DNA from: the human T2T-CHM13v2.0 reference genome, Homo sapiens
DNA length: 64,000 nucleotides
Strand: one strand, 5' to 3'
Assembly (NCBI RefSeq): GCF_009914755.1
Contig: NC_060931.1
The notes under the pieces were generated by a model. It saw only the letters and a list, made by a program, of their open reading frames with translations, had not been told where the DNA came from and ran no database searches. This document shows positions 1 to 15,964 of the stretch, piece by piece (the stretch's first letter is position 1; each line of letters starts with the position of its first letter). The translations under genes and the position numbers were made by a program.

Positions 1-619
1 TTGGTTTGGAATGGCCTTTCATTTATAAGAGAAAATTGAATAGGGCTGATATGCAAACAGGCAGATTTTCCATATGGAACATAACATATGCATATACCAT
101 AATATATTTTATAGAATTATTTTGAAAATTCATGGCCCACCTGTTAAAATACTCAGACAATTGATGCTTCTTTCTCTCAGAAGCATTTTTACTTATATAA
201 ATTACTATTAAGAGTTATAAATATATACCTCCTCTCATGAGTGAAGTATACAAAACAAAAACGAATTTTTCTTGGTAAGTCAGAATTATTAAGATTAATT
301 CAACTCTACTCAAATACAATAGTACTCCCAATAGCACTAAATATTGCTGCATTTGGTAATATTTACAACTCCTATGAAGACCTCAGATTTCCATGATTTT
401 TGAACGTGGAAGGACTTTATATTTTCAATTCTTATCCCTCAGAATCAGTTTCCCAATCACAAGCATACTACCATCAATGTTTTTATTTCTACTGGCACCT
501 TTCATTTCTAATTTCCTGCTTTTCTTGTGAAAAAGGAACTCAGAAAATAACCAGTAATTGTAATGATATTTTCAAATGGAACTAAACAGACCCTACACAA
601 GCATTTAAGCCAACATGAT

Positions 620-775
620 TGTGGTAGTAGGAGACAGCCTGTGCAGGTTTAAAGCTTATCACTTAGTAGCTGGATAATGTTGGACAACTTTCTTTAAAAA
701 ATTGTGCTTCTCATAATGATTTCTATCTTATAAGGTTGTTATGGGGATTAAATAAGTTGATACTTTGAAAGTGAA
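620..775 (+). mobile_element. MIR fragment (degenerate)
   Basis: Resembles the MIR core/3' part: 'acttagtagctggataatgttggacaac...ctatcttataaggttgttatggggattaaataag'. Confidence 0.55.
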
Positions 776-856
776 TTTGGATCCCTGGTGATAGATGGAA
801 GATATGATATCAAAAATGTCTTAGGGGATTCTAATGAGCAGCCATTCATCAGAATT

Positions 857-1518
857 AGAGGTTCTCAATCTGGCTGCTTATTAGAATTACCTGGTACCTC
901 TTAAAAATAACTAATGCTTGGGCCCTGTATTCATTTCCTATTTTCACTGTAACGAATTACCACAAATCTGGTAGCTCAAAACAACACATTTATTATTTTA
1001 CAGCTCTGGAGCTCAGAAGTCCAAAATGAGTCTCCTGGACCAATATCAAGATGTCAGCAGGGCTGTGTTCCTTTGCAGAGGTCCTGGGGGAGAATCCATT
1101 CTCTTGCCTCTGCAGCTTCCAGATGCCACCTGTATTCCTTGGCTGGTGGCCTCTTCTTACAGCTTCAAAGCCAGCAATGGCTGGTGGAGTCTTTCTCACA
1201 TGCATCACTCTGGCACTGACTCTTCTGCTTCCTCTGCTACATTTAAAGACTTTTGTCATTATATTGGGCCCATGTGGATATCTCAAAATAATCTCTCGAT
1301 TTTAATACCAGCTGATTAGTAACCTTAATTCCCCTTTGCCATGTAACATAGTCACAGGTTTCAGGAATTAGAACATAAGCATCTTTGGGAAGCCATTAGC
1401 TTCCTGCTACTGCAGGATGCCACCCTCCAAAGATGCAGATTGGATTGCTCTTGTCAGGGATATGCTTCAAATACTCGCTAGGTGAGTCTAATGTCTAGCT
1501 TCCATTAAAGACTATTGA
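857..1518. mobile_element. MER5A/B-like hAT-Charlie MITE split by an MLT1 LTR (pieces ~857-925 and ~1415-1518)
   Basis: Left piece 'gttctcaatctggctgcttattagaattacctgg...aatgcttgggccc'; right piece '...ctaggtgagtctaatg'. These are typical MER5 motifs. Confidence 0.6.
926..1414 (-). mobile_element. MLT1D-like MaLR solo LTR
   Basis: TG...CA termini; 'aattaccacaaatctggtagctcaaaacaacac', 'cagaagtccaaaatg', 'cccctttgccatgtaac...tcacaggtttcaggaattag' match the reverse complement of the MLT1C/D consensus. Confidence 0.85.
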
Positions 1519-2524
1519 TGTAAATATTCACAGAGTTTCATGAAATATTATCCCCATGAAATGTTCAGTAATGCTCAGATTAGGTTTTAAAAGTATTTAA
1601 TTAAATACATTAGAGGTTAAAGAGAGTAAGAAGTTCTGTAACAGAGAAATCTGCTCAACCCTATTTAACTAGTCTCTCAAACTTTTTGGTGTAACACCTA
1701 CTAAGGACCTAAGTAATCATTTATCTATGTAAGGCATCTGGGAGCTAATGTTCTAGGGAGGAAAAGGTCTGAGTGTAATGATACTTATTTTGCTTTGTTT
1801 TATTCACTCAAATGCTTTTTAAAATAGTTTTTGTTTTCCTATTAAACTATCTGTTGAAGTGGGACATTTCAAGTGCTTAAAATTAAAATGCAAGGCATTT
1901 ATTCTGTATTGTATAACTACACATAATAAGAATAAAGTTGTCAATACAGTATAATTATTATTTGAGGAGAGAGGAAAAAAATGAGAGCTAAAGAGACCCC
2001 AAAGCAGAATTGCTTTATTAAATAAAAACTGGGATTTTTCATACTAATATCTGAGGACTGACTTGTTTATACAAAATCTTATAATGACTCAATAGCATAA
2101 ATGAAATTTGATCTGTTCATTTTACATAATTTTGTTGTGAAGACAGACAATATCTGAAAAATTATGAAATTTATGCCCATATTTTCTAGAAGACTTGTTC
2201 ATATATAAACTATTTCCCTCTCTGCAGAAATCTACCTTCCTAAATTGCAAATATATATATGGATCATATACCATGTGAAACATTTTGTATCTATTGAAAA
2301 GAGACTTGTGATTATCTACATCCCATGGTTGGACTGTCACCAAGTGCAAACTGCATTTAGAGCACATGGCAGAGATTCTACAGGCAGTCATTAGAGATTT
2401 TGTCAATACAATTTCAGACAACATCATGTTCAATGTTTAAACATTGTCCTACTCCCTAGCTCAAAATATATGGTTCAGGGCTTTTTCTCTATCTTGGAAG
2501 TGATGCAGAGTGACACACTGCATA

Positions 2525-2720
2525 AAGTGTTGGTTAAACACACAGCCCTGGAACCCAGCTACCCATGTTCAAATCCTGACTGCCTCTTTTATTGGATATA
2601 TCACCTTGGGTAGGTTATTTAACCTTTATGGTCTTTGATTTCTATTCTGTAAAATTGGCATAATAATGATATCTCAATGCTTGTAACTTATTAGGCTCAC
2701 TAAATGTTAGCTCTTATTTT
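2525..2720 (+). mobile_element. MIR
   Basis: 'tggttaaacacacagccctggaacccag...ttcaaatcctgac...caccttgggtaggttatttaacc...ctgtaaaattggcataataat'. Confidence 0.8.
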
Positions 2721-3540
2721 TGGTTCATTACGTTTACATTTAGTAGAATTAATTTGATTAAATGCTTACAAATTTAGTTTAAATATATTATTTTAAAAAT
2801 TTTATAAAAAACAAATTTGCAGCTTATATAATTAAGAAGCTATGAGGAATTCGATCTGAAATACTGCTAAATGAGATGTGCATAATTTTTCTACCAATTA
2901 ATGTTTTTCATTTTTTAAAAAACAGAAGCAATTTTAGAAGCACAGTTCCCATATTTGCAGATAAAGCACTGAGTCCAAAAGAGACTAAGTGACTTACATA
3001 TTTTTACAACACATAAAACGTAAAGGATAAAAGGCAAAGTTGCAAGCTTTTTTGCTGAAACAATTTTACTGTATTAAGATCTAAAAACTACTTAAAATCC
3101 TTGAAAGCGTTTAGAATTAAAATTTTACAAAAAGTTCATTCAGAAAACCTTCACTGAATACTTACTGCGTGACAGTCACTGTCCTAATGCTAAGTAAAAA
3201 AGAGGAACAGTGATAAAAAGGTATGTGGGAATTAAGGAGATTTATTTTGAGAGTGTCAGAAAGGAAGGGGCCCGTTGACTCCAACACTCTCTTATATAAC
3301 TGATGAGGTTATCAAGTTTTAGAAAATGTTTAAAAACCTTGCTCATAATCCCTCAGCTAGCAAATCACATATCAAAGTTCTGCAACTGTGAGTTTGTCTA
3401 CCCAGCAAATATTGACCTTTATAAGAGATTCTGAGACATACAGGGAATAAAATTATGCAATCATTATATTGAATAAAAGAGAACTGCTGTCTTAGAAAAT
3501 TTTCTTAACATTTATTTAATTTTAAAAATACTTAAAAAAA

Positions 3541-3923
<383 letters not shown>

Positions 3924-3948
3924 TTAAAAAGCAAATATTTTTTGTTTT

Positions 3949-5737
<1,789 letters not shown>

Positions 5738-6076
5738 AAATTTTTGTTTTTGATATTTCAACTAGCAATGAGCGAGCTGAGTAGAAACAATAATAACCGG
5801 TCTACTAGCAGTTAGGGCAAGAAGCAGATGCCTTTTCACTTTTCTCCCAGTAGTGCTCTAATTGCCGGTGCATGCCCTGGAGTGTGAATCTGACCTTTCT
5901 CTGACCTGTGCAGCTTACCTCATTCAAATTGAGAATTGTCCTGCTTCTATTGGGCTTCTGCAGTATGTAGTTCAGTGAGCTGAACTGAGAATTTCACTGG
6001 GTTCTGACTATGTCTTATTCTTTTAACTCCTGCCAGTGTACACACATTGTGAAACTGAAAATGGATAGTCTTTTTT

Positions 6077-6119
6077 CCTTTACATTTGAAAAACATGCCT
6101 TTACATTTGAAAAACATGC
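6077..6119. repeat. Perfect 21-bp tandem duplication (cctttacatttgaaaaacatg)x2
   Basis: 6077-6097 is identical to 6098-6118. Confidence 0.95.
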
Positions 6120-6344
6120 AGTTTGAAAACAGAAATCCTTACTCACTCACTAGGTACTTTTGCAGTGTCCAGTGCTGTGCTGGGCACCATCCATCCCAGG
6201 TTGTCATTGTTCCTCTTCTGTACTACTGCAAGAATTTTTCATTTAGTCTTCCTACTTCCAGTTTTGCCTGTTCACTATTGCCAAATAATCTTAAATCCTA
6301 CCTCCAATTACATAATTCTGCTGATTAAAGAGTAAAAATACTAT

Positions 6345-6585
6345 CACAAAAACATGCACACATACACAAATGAGTGCAGGTTTTTTAAAAATGGTGAAAA
6401 CTGAATAAAGTCTGCATTCTAGATAATAGTAATGTCAATGTTCTGGTTTTGATATTGTGCTATAACTATATAAGTTGTCATCATTGGGGGAAGTTGGGTG
6501 ATGAGTACATGAGAGTCTTTGTACTGTGTACTTCCTGAGTCCACAATTATTTTAAAATAAAAAGAAAGTTAAAAAAATAAATAAA
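6345..6585 (+). mobile_element. Old L1M (L1MC/MD/ME-type) 3' end
   Basis: 'ggtgaaaactgaataaagtctg...aatgtcaatgttctggttttgatattgtgctata...cattgggggaagttgggtg' followed by an A-rich tail. Confidence 0.7.
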
Positions 6586-6859
6586 ACCTAAAACCTATAA
6601 ATGACATTCTTCAGATTTTCAAAGTAAGTTTGAAACTCTGTATTGTATTTCAGCATACCCTCCAAATCAGAACCACTTAAACTCTTAAGTCTTGTGCTTA
6701 CTAAAATACTTTGGCCTTGACCTTCCAATGCCTCTCTCTTCCTCCATTTGACTTGTTAAACACATGGTCTCTTTCAAGGTGCACTTTAAATTCAGCTGCT
6801 CCCTTTAAGCACTGTCTGGTCACCAGGTAAATATAATATCTTCCACCTGTGCAACCTTG

Positions 6860-6995
6860 TGACATCTTTTGATTTTTAGTCCCACTAAATTGTAAGCTCT
6901 TGCAGTAAAGAGTTTATATCTCACTTGTCCTTTTAGTCTACACAGATTCTAATAAGTGCGCTCAGCAATATTTATTGAAATGAAATAAAATGAAG
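6860..6995 (+). mobile_element. L2 3' end fragment
   Basis: 'ccactaaattgtaagctcttg...taagtgcgctcagcaatatttattgaaatgaa'. Confidence 0.6.
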
Positions 6996-8032
6996 CATTC
7001 AGCCTTCAAATGCAAGGGCCATTGTCTTATAAAAATGAAAGTGGAGATCAGTTCTAATCAACTAATAAGTCAAAAAATTAAACACACTGAAGATCACAAT
7101 AATATGTATTTTTAATCTAGTGTAACTTTTCATGTTGCAGAATTTCTTTCTTTGAATATTATTTTCTAGACAGTAGAAAAAGATAACATCCAGCTACAGT
7201 TGATACATGCTCTAGAGTTGAACTTGAATAGCAGATCCAGCCTATGAAACATTCAGGCAATCACTGTGGTATATATGTATCATACACATTTCACACCAAT
7301 TAAAAAGAAATGACAAATTAGCAGGGTCTCCAAAAGTACACTTCAATTTCACCCTTGGATAAATTATTTTTTTCTCAATATAAATTTCTTTTTCTTAGGG
7401 TACTTCCCCTTTATCATCTCATTATTTCTTTCCAGTTCCAATAATACAGGGTCCAGCATATTTCTTCAGGGTCACTGGACTGTAGCTCCTATCAAATAAG
7501 CTGGGCGATGACCTCAATCTAAGATTCTGCTGCCACTTCAAGGTGGCTTTCCAATCCTGAGACTCAAATAACTACTTGTCCAACACTCATTATGACATGG
7601 CATTATTATTTCAGCACCCATTTTAAGGATGGAATATTTAAGCAAATAACAAACAACATAAAAATGTAAGAATAAGCTCAATAAAAATTAAATGAAACGT
7701 GTACTTATTTGTTTAATGTGAATCTCTTTGCTTAGTTTCTGAAGTTGCAAAAAGAACCTGTTTTAATCCACTGATAAAGGTAGGTTTCTTTTAAATAATG
7801 TGTTCTATCTTGAGCTGTTTTTCATTTGAGGTAATTAAGACACTGACATTCTATAATTAATTCACATTCAATAGCGCATATTGAGAGCCTCCTAAATGGC
7901 TGGTACTGTGCTAGACACTGAATCACTTCATTTGTTTTTCCAATCTTTGTGAGGAACTTGAACATGGTAAATATTCCCTCCAACCACAGTCAGTGTCTCC
8001 TTATTAATAAAAAGCATTTTGATGACCAAATT

Positions 8033-8181
8033 GGTGAGAACATTTACCATTCACTCTCTTAGCATTTTTCAACAATACAATACACTGTGTTGTTATTAAC
8101 TCTAGTCACCATGTAGTAGAGTAGATCTTGAACTTATTCCTCCTATCTAATTGAAATTTTGTATCCTTTGGCCAATATCTC
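8033..8181 (-). mobile_element. L1MA-type 3'UTR fragment
   Basis: 'ggtgagaacattt...tctcttagcatttttcaa...ctagtcaccatg...gaacttattcctcctatctaattgaaattttgtatcctttggccaatatctc'. Confidence 0.8.
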
Positions 8182-8869
8182 TGAGTTAGTCTAGTTTTGT
8201 GCTGCTATTTTCTATGACTACAGAAAGTTCAAGTCACAATTTCTAACTTGCTGATCTTTAATGTAGCACAAACTTTCAAAGAATTCAGGATGAAGTAGGA
8301 CTGAACTCTGTTGGGGAAGACTAATAAGTATCTTATCAGAAAGCTTATGTCCCAGATTTCACCCTCTGCATCATTTCCTATCGCATCACAGTGTGCTGCT
8401 CTTTCATCCTGCCAACTCAAAGTTGAAGTAATTACTTGGTGAAAATGGGCTAACTTTTCCTTGGTGCTGAACATATCCCAGTGACTATGGAGGCGAAATT
8501 GTCAGCACTTTCTGAAATTGCCAAAATACCAGGTGGTAATGCTTCTATTCCTTATGATGTGGTGGATATAAAACATGGTGTGTATGTGTAAAATGATTCT
8601 TTCCTGATGCAATATTTCAGCTCTACCATGATATAGAAAATTAACTTAATATGTATATGTTGACATATCTGGTCTTATTAAGGATTTTTTGGCTACGTGT
8701 CACTATCCTTATTAACTATCTGGTTTTATAAAAAAGATTTCCTTAAGTGTTAAGTAATCTTTTTTCTAAGGTAATATTTTAGACATTTAAGGGAGCATTC
8801 ATTGTGCTATGTTTAAAGTATCTAATGAAAATAGTTAAGTAAATCAATATAAGAACAGTGAATAGTCCA

Positions 8870-9485
8870 TCTTGTTCTACCTTTAAAACATATCTTTGGT
8901 TTGTCTGCTCCACAACATTCTTGCCCAAATCTTTGACTTTGTTCACTGAGGAACTTATATAGGCCCCTTCAAATATTCACTGTTGCTCATAGAATAAAAC
9001 CTGGAGTTCTGTTTGGCAGAAGGCCTTCAGAATCTTGCTCCTACTACTTCTTCACCATCATCTCATAGCATTTTTTCATCTTGTTCACTACATTAGCCAC
9101 AATGGCCTTTCTTTTCCTTGAATATACCTAGCCTTTCCCCATCTACAGGCTTTGCACATGTTACCCCTTCTGCCAAGCCTTCTCCTAACTGGTTCATTAT
9201 CCTTGAGGGCTCACTCAAATGCCTTACCATGTAGCAGACATACATATATCTATTTATTTAAAGTATCATCCTCAATCAATATCCAATGCATTATTCTGTT
9301 GTTTTCTACCTACCACTTAAGCACCTCTTATTATCTTGTTTATTTATTTACTTGGTTACTTTCTAATGTACCCGCAAGAAAATAAGCCTCCTGAGCACAC
9401 TTTACCTGTATGTATAGACTTTATCTATATGCACAACTAGAAACCTGCCTTCGCTAAGCATTTGTTAAATCAAGAAATGATTAGT
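8870..9485 (+). mobile_element. L2 fragment
   Basis: 'tagccacaatggcctttc...caggctttgcacatg...ggctcactcaaatgcc...aataagcctcctgag' follow the L2 3' region. Confidence 0.65.
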
Positions 9486-11664
9486 AAATATCCTGATAAT
9501 GCATGACAGACATTAAGACCTGATACACTTTATTCATAATGTATATGAAAGAAAAAGAAATAGTAAGAAAAAAAGTTTGTCTGTACATAGGCATATCATG
9601 CCTGTATTCGGTGTGTTCCATATCTGTGAGCATATGTGATTTGATCCTTCATAGAAAGCAGATATGTAATTTAAAATTATGATTTAATATGGTTGTTTCA
9701 CCAATTCATTAGCTCTATAATTCTAATCAGTTATACAATAATTAATTTTATTTTTATTAAATATAAATTATCTTTTTATTAGCTTTTGGGATGCCATGCA
9801 TGTGTTTTGGGGGGAATCATTATCAAATGAACATATTCGCACTTGTCTATTGTGATCCAATAACAAACAGTGCTAGGCCACTGATGGTTTCTAATAAATG
9901 CCAGGGAGTAGCAAAATATAACTTTAAAAGGCATTCAAATATGCAAAGGAGAAAAGACACTTGACAGTTTCATGCTACTTAGAGTTGGAGAATTCAGATT
10001 TAAGACTGCAAACTGTGCAGTGCTATATTAAATGGCACTATTTTATGTGGGTTGAAAGGAAAAATGGGGGAAAAAAAGACTTTCTAGTTTTTCTAAAGTT
10101 GGCTTCTGATGCAAAAATAGTAGACGGGAGAAACTTGACATTTAAGAAAACATTGTTTTGTCAGAAGAAAGATTCCCAGGGGGACAATATAATATTGCAA
10201 AGGTTATGTTCACCTCCCCAGCAGGGCTGTGGATTTATCTTGAAAAAAATATATATGATGAAAAATTAAGAAAACATATTGCTTTGTTGAGTGACATAGA
10301 GGGAAATTGTTCATTTAAAAATTCCACAGATCCTTTGATGCTTGCTTGCAAATCTCAGCAAGGCTTTCATCAGTCAAATATACAGCAAAATATGAAGACA
10401 CAAACTGGAGATATCAAGACACACTGTGCATTTACATTTTCTCCATCTCAAGCTCTCCTTATTTCTGAAGTCCTTTGTCAGCAAGCTGAATGAAATCCTA
10501 TGGCATGTGAAAGTTCCCTTTTAAAATTGTATTATCTATACTTTATAGATTATTTTTTCTCCTTACTCAGCCAAGATACTAATATTATTCAAGTTCTTCA
10601 AATATATATTGCGTGTACTTTGCAGACAATATTGGGTATTGCCTCTGGTTAAGCCACAAACCAGGAAAAAAAAGCTGAGTTTTCTATATAACAGAAAACT
10701 TGTGTAACAGGACAACAAAAGACTTTAACAGTTCATTCTTAAACCTGAATGAACCTGCTGCATTGATAAGAAGGCTAAAACTAGAATTATAATACTGCTC
10801 AAACTCAGCCTTTGAGCAGTGCCCCTGAGCTGTATATATAATTCACTTTCTCTCATTCATTATTATTCCCAGATAAGGGAAAGGGAAAAAGAAACTCCAA
10901 TGTACATATTAATATTCAGGTTTTGTGAAAGAAAATGTAACTTTCTCTAGGAGGGTAAATGGTGATAAGGTTTTCCATGTGGAAATCTTTTGAAGAGTGA
11001 TGTCAGATAGAAACCTAAACAGCAAGACTTTGATTTCTTAAACAAAGAAAAAGAAAAGCATCTGGAGAAATCTTCTCTTTTTAAATTCTTTAAAATATTG
11101 ATTTTATTTTAAATTTGCAAATGTCAAAATTATCATGTACAGATATAGTGAATATAGAATCAGGTGTACAATTAACTAAAAACAAAGTAAATACATTTTC
11201 CAAAATATGCCCACCAAAATATGAAAAATATAGTCAGATTATTTTAAAATTTTCTCAGTTTTCAATTTTATCAAGTGCTAATGATTAATTGGAATTTTAT
11301 TAAATACCATTGATTTTGAGACTAAAGGAAAATTGTGTTTTCATTTCATCTTCATTATTCTCTAGAAATCTTTTTTATTTCAACCATTCTTAGTGTTCAA
11401 AGTGGCCCATCCTCAGTCAGCAAAATTATTCCAATCAATACATTTACATTAAAGTACTACTAACAATGGTTCAATATTTTACTCACAGTAAAGTTTTAGT
11501 TAAACAAAAGGCAATGAGAGAGGGAGTGTTTTAATCCAAAGAAACAATTCTCAAATGCTAAAATTTTAGACATTTTTGCCACTATACACATATAGAAACA
11601 TGGACCTCTACAATTAACATCACGAAGTGTATCACCTATTTTGTCTGCATGTGGGCTCATACTT

Positions 11665-12025
11665 TTAAGAAAATGATACTCAAATTTTAGCACACACTTG
11701 AAGCATCTGGGCAACAAAATACAGATAGCTTAGTTTTACTCCCAGAGTTTCTGATTCAATAGATATAAGATGAGTCCAAGAATTTGAATTTCCAATTATC
11801 TCCAATGCTGCTGGTTGGTGGCCACACTTTCAGAAACATTAATCTAACTCAGTGATTTTCATAGTTGTCTGAAATCACCTGAGGAGCTCTAAAAAAGAAA
11901 AAAAAAAAACAGATGCCACCCAGAGATTTGGATGTCATGTGCCTGCCATATGACCTAGAATCAGTCTTTAAAAAAAAATTCTAGGTGATTCTAACATGCA
12001 GCAAAGTTTGCTGATTCACTTATCC
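11665..12025. mobile_element. Two adjacent MER5A/MER5B-like MITEs
   Basis: 'cccagagtttctgattcaa...aagaatttgaatttcc...ggccacactttcagaa' then 'aaatcacctgaggagct...ccagagatt...aggtgattctaacatgcagcaaagtttg'. Confidence 0.7.
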
Positions 12026-12169
12026 AAGTACTTCAATAGTGATAATATTAACTAATATTATAAAATTAGGCAATACTGCTCATTTACTTCAAACCTAATC
12101 TAACAACATTCAATGTATGCTCATTAAACACCAATTGTGTGCCAGGTGTTAGAAGTACGCTGATCTGTA

Positions 12170-12630
12170 AAATCCTCTGTGATCTGACCCCTGGAAATCT
12201 TTCTGACCTCATCTCTTAATACTCTGCTCCACCTGCCCACCATCACTACTCTCCAGCCTCAAAGGCTTCCTTGCTGCTCCTTCACTACATGAAACACACT
12301 CCCAACTTAGGGTCTTTGCACTCACTATCCCCTCTCCCAGGAACAGGCTGCCGCCTTGTCTTCCTCCCTCAGTTCCTCTAGTTCTCAGCTCAAATATCAC
12401 CACTTCAAAGAGGACTTTATCTAAAAGAGCCCTGCCTTCCCTGCAATCCACTTGCTTTATCATCTTGTCCTTCTTTGTCTTATAGCACTTACTATTATCT
12501 GAGTGAGTACAAATGTATTTATCTATCTTATGTCTCTTTCCACTAAACATAAGCTTCACTGCCATATTATGAGTGCCTCAAGATGTACCTGGTATATAGT
12601 AGGCACAAAATAAATATTGTTAAACAGATG
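12170..12630 (+). mobile_element. L2 3' fragment
   Basis: 'tagggtctttgcactcactatcccctct...ctcagctcaaatatcacc...cctggtatatagtaggcac..aataaatattg'. Confidence 0.8.
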
Positions 12631-13135
12631 GGGATGTAATGATAACAAGATGAACACCCTTCTGATGTCATGCAGCTTACCCTTGAATGGGGTTTATTGG
12701 GTTTTTGTTTGTTTGTTTGTTTAAAGGGAGGCACTGCACAATGGGAGGAGAATGGTCCAGTTTGCTAAGGAGAGCACAAAGGGCAAGAACCCAACCTGAA
12801 GTAATCAGAGAAGATTCCCCAGCTGAAATGATTTGTAACTAAGAAGTAAAAATGAGTAGGCATCTTCCAAGGGAAAGGTGGCAGAAGCACAGGATAATGA
12901 TGAATTTTAAAAAGTTTAATAGGTAATTCAGCATGAGTCTACTAAATTTGCACTAAGAACTAAGAGCTATAATTGAGCTATAAAACATACATAGAGTCAG
13001 ATTGAAATCTGAGACCATGAGATCCTTGAAAGCAGGAATCAGACTGATAAATGTTTTCTCTTTTTTTCCTGTCCTACTATTGTTCTAGCAGGTCATCCTG
13101 TGCACATAGTAGGCTCTCTATGTGCATATTGATGA

Positions 13136-13489
<354 letters not shown>

Positions 13490-14122
13490 TCATAGGTCAT
13501 CTTTATATTTCCACAATTTCTTACACAGAGCAAGGACTCAAAGAATAATTATTGATTGATGATCCCCTAAGATGAATGATATCACACTTTACTCAAATGC
13601 CAAGCTATGTGACTCATCCTACATGAACATGAATTAGATATTATTATTGTATCTGTCAAAATGAAACAATAATTATTTTATTCCATTTCATTTTTTCCAC
13701 GAGCGACCATGAAATGTGACTATGTTTCCAGTATTGATTTGATTTGTTGCTATGTATTTTTTTGCAAAAATGATTCAGTAAATTATTTGGTGCAAGGTGC
13801 CACTGTACTAACTAAAAGAGAGACAAAAGATTTGCCTTTTGAACCTGTCAGCCTGATAGAATAGTACATCTAAGTTTTTGTAATCTTTTTATCCTATTTT
13901 AAATCTTGAGGTATCTTAAACTCTTGCATTCTTTCATTGTGACAAATTTTAAAATGACACCACAGAGAACACAGAATACTTCTCAATCTAGCTTTAAAAG
14001 TAATTAAGTTGGATTTAATAAACACCAACACCTTCAATTTCAAGTCTTCTATGTTAGAATGCTGAAGCTATCAGAAACATTATTCAAGCAAATTAAACAA
14101 TATCTAACAAGCCCATCACAAT

Positions 14123-14278
14123 TGTGGTAGGCAAACTCTAATGTGGCCCCCATGTCCTTCACCTTCTGGGAGTTACCCTTGTGCAGTCCCTTCCTTTTGG
14201 CTGTGGGATGGGCCTATTAACTTAGTCTAACAAATGAAATATGAAAAAGTGATGGAATGTCACTTTCAGGAATTGCCT
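14123..14278 (+). mobile_element. 5' part of an MLT1E/F/G-type MaLR LTR
   Basis: 'tgtggtaggcaaactctaatgtggccccc...aaagtgatggaatgtcactt'; homologous to the start of the LTR at 28432. Confidence 0.7.
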
Positions 14279-14284
14279 AGGAAA

Positions 14285-14520
14285 AGTGGCACCCATCATA
14301 ATCCAAAAAGACACAATCCCAAATGCCATAATCCTGAATGTTGAAATCACAAAAGATTAAAATTCCTGAAGATCAAAATTCCTAAAGTCTAAAATGTCTA
14401 ATGCCTGCAATCCTGAAATTCACAATCCCAAAAGATTAAAATCCCAAATATTAAAATCCTAAAAGCGAAATTCTGGAGAAAGGATTAGTGCATTTTCAGT
14501 TAAATGCAGGGTAGTTGCCT
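14285..14520. mobile_element. Ricksha (MULE/MuDR DNA transposon) terminal region with ~15-bp AATCCC repeats
   Basis: 'ataatccaaaaagacacaatcccaaatgccataatcctgaatgttgaaatcacaaaagattaaaattcctgaag...' matches the recalled Ricksha terminus. Confidence 0.75.
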
Positions 14521-14524
14521 GACT

Positions 14525-14736
14525 GACTCTCACTCCCCTTCCTCTCTCACTATGTGATCTGCACATGATGCTTAAATCCCTTTGCCTTTCTCCATGAGTG
14601 GAAGTTTCCTGAGGCTCTCATCAAAAGCAAATGTCGGCACCATGCTTTCTGTACAGCCTGCAGAAACACCATGAGCCAAATAAGCCCTTTACCCAGCCTC
14701 AGGTATTTCTTTACAGCAAGAAAAATGGATAAGGCA
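14525..14736 (+). mobile_element. 3' part of an MST-type MaLR LTR
   Basis: 'tccatgagtggaagtttcctgaggc...caccatgctttctgtacagcctgcagaa...atgagccaaataa...acccagcctcaggtatttctttacagcaa'. Confidence 0.85.
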
Positions 14737-15329
14737 ACGTTAGAATAGATATTAGTTTATAAGGTAAATGAACAGATGTAGGTCAACCCTCTTATGCTAT
14801 GTAATTCTCTCCCTTTCTTCTATTGTTTTATCTTCTGCCATTCTTCCTCATCACCTGCAGCATACATTTTTGAAGCTCCATTGCCTTGATTATTTTTTCA
14901 TTAAAAACAGCTATGCTGCATAGAAATAGTCTGTGTCCCACAGCTATGTCAATCTTTCTCACATAAGAGTTCCTAGTATGGCTTAATCTCTTTAAGATTC
15001 ACTGAGTCTTAGATAAAAACCTATTGCAGTTATATTCCATTTTTTTAAAAAAGAAATATTTTATAACTGACTTGTAATGCTCCCCTTCATTTTAAAATCC
15101 GTTTACTTTCTCAACATTAGAAGTCCACATGATTACATTTGGAAAGATAAATCCTATCCAATCAATAACCTTTAAGTTTTTTATGGATTTATATTCTCTA
15201 CCAGCTAGCTAAACTGAAAGAAATTTTAAAAACTCTTTTTCACAGAGCATTTAAGGAATTTCGATAAGGTGGCATGTGCACCTAAAAACTGCCCAGCGAT
15301 TCTTCCACATGAATCTGAACGCAATGAAA

Positions 15330-15580
15330 AGAAGCATGGCTAAGCGCTTTCGATGACAAACTCTGAGAGACAGACTGCTCAGAATCAAATGTTATTTTTT
15401 AATAGTGTCACCGTAGTAACATACTTCCATCCTCTTGCCTATGTTTTCTCGTCTGTGAAATATAGATAACAGGAATATCTGCCTGGGTAGAGTTTTCATA
15501 ATGATTAGATAAGTTAATATCTCTAAATTGCTTACAATATGGTTACATAGTAAATACCATATGTGTTTGTTAAATAAAAA
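15330..15580 (+). mobile_element. MIR
   Basis: 'gcatggctaag...ttttctcgtctgtgaaatatagataacag...agagttttcataatgattagataagttaatat'. Confidence 0.6.
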
Positions 15581-15964
15581 TAAAACAGTGAGGTTTAAAG
15601 CTCTCTTAGATGAATTCTTTCAAAGAAAGTAAACCATAAAAAAGAAAGAAGAGCTACTGATAGTCCTGTGTTCTATCTCAGGGTCTTAATTAAAAAAAAA
15701 AACTGCTTTCAAATGTAGCAGTCTTCCAAGTATATTTATGTCCAGGAGAAACACAGTGGGCACTCCAGCACTTCCCTGGAGACAACAGCAGTTGAAACAG
15801 GTGGATACTTGAATGAATTATGTGAATAAATCAGAATCAAACCTACTATGCTCTAATGTAATAATTTGGATGCCAGTGAAACTTGGAGATTGTAAAAAGG
15901 CAAACTTTAATTCAGGATTTCTAGCCAGTAAGCAAATGTCAGTTGAGCTGAAAACTTATTTGTA

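Noticed and set aside
5969-5986. 7-bp inverted repeat agttcag/ctgaact
   Set aside because: Too short to exceed chance expectation in 64 kb.
9961-10493. Two overlapping >100-codon ORFs in unique DNA
   Set aside because: Both start at TTG, show no recognisable domain and lack convincing splice boundaries; consistent with chance.
14299-14480. Regular short repeats superficially like a CRISPR or iteron array
   Set aside because: Degenerate ~15-bp tandem units without unique spacers in primate DNA; matches a Ricksha transposon terminus.
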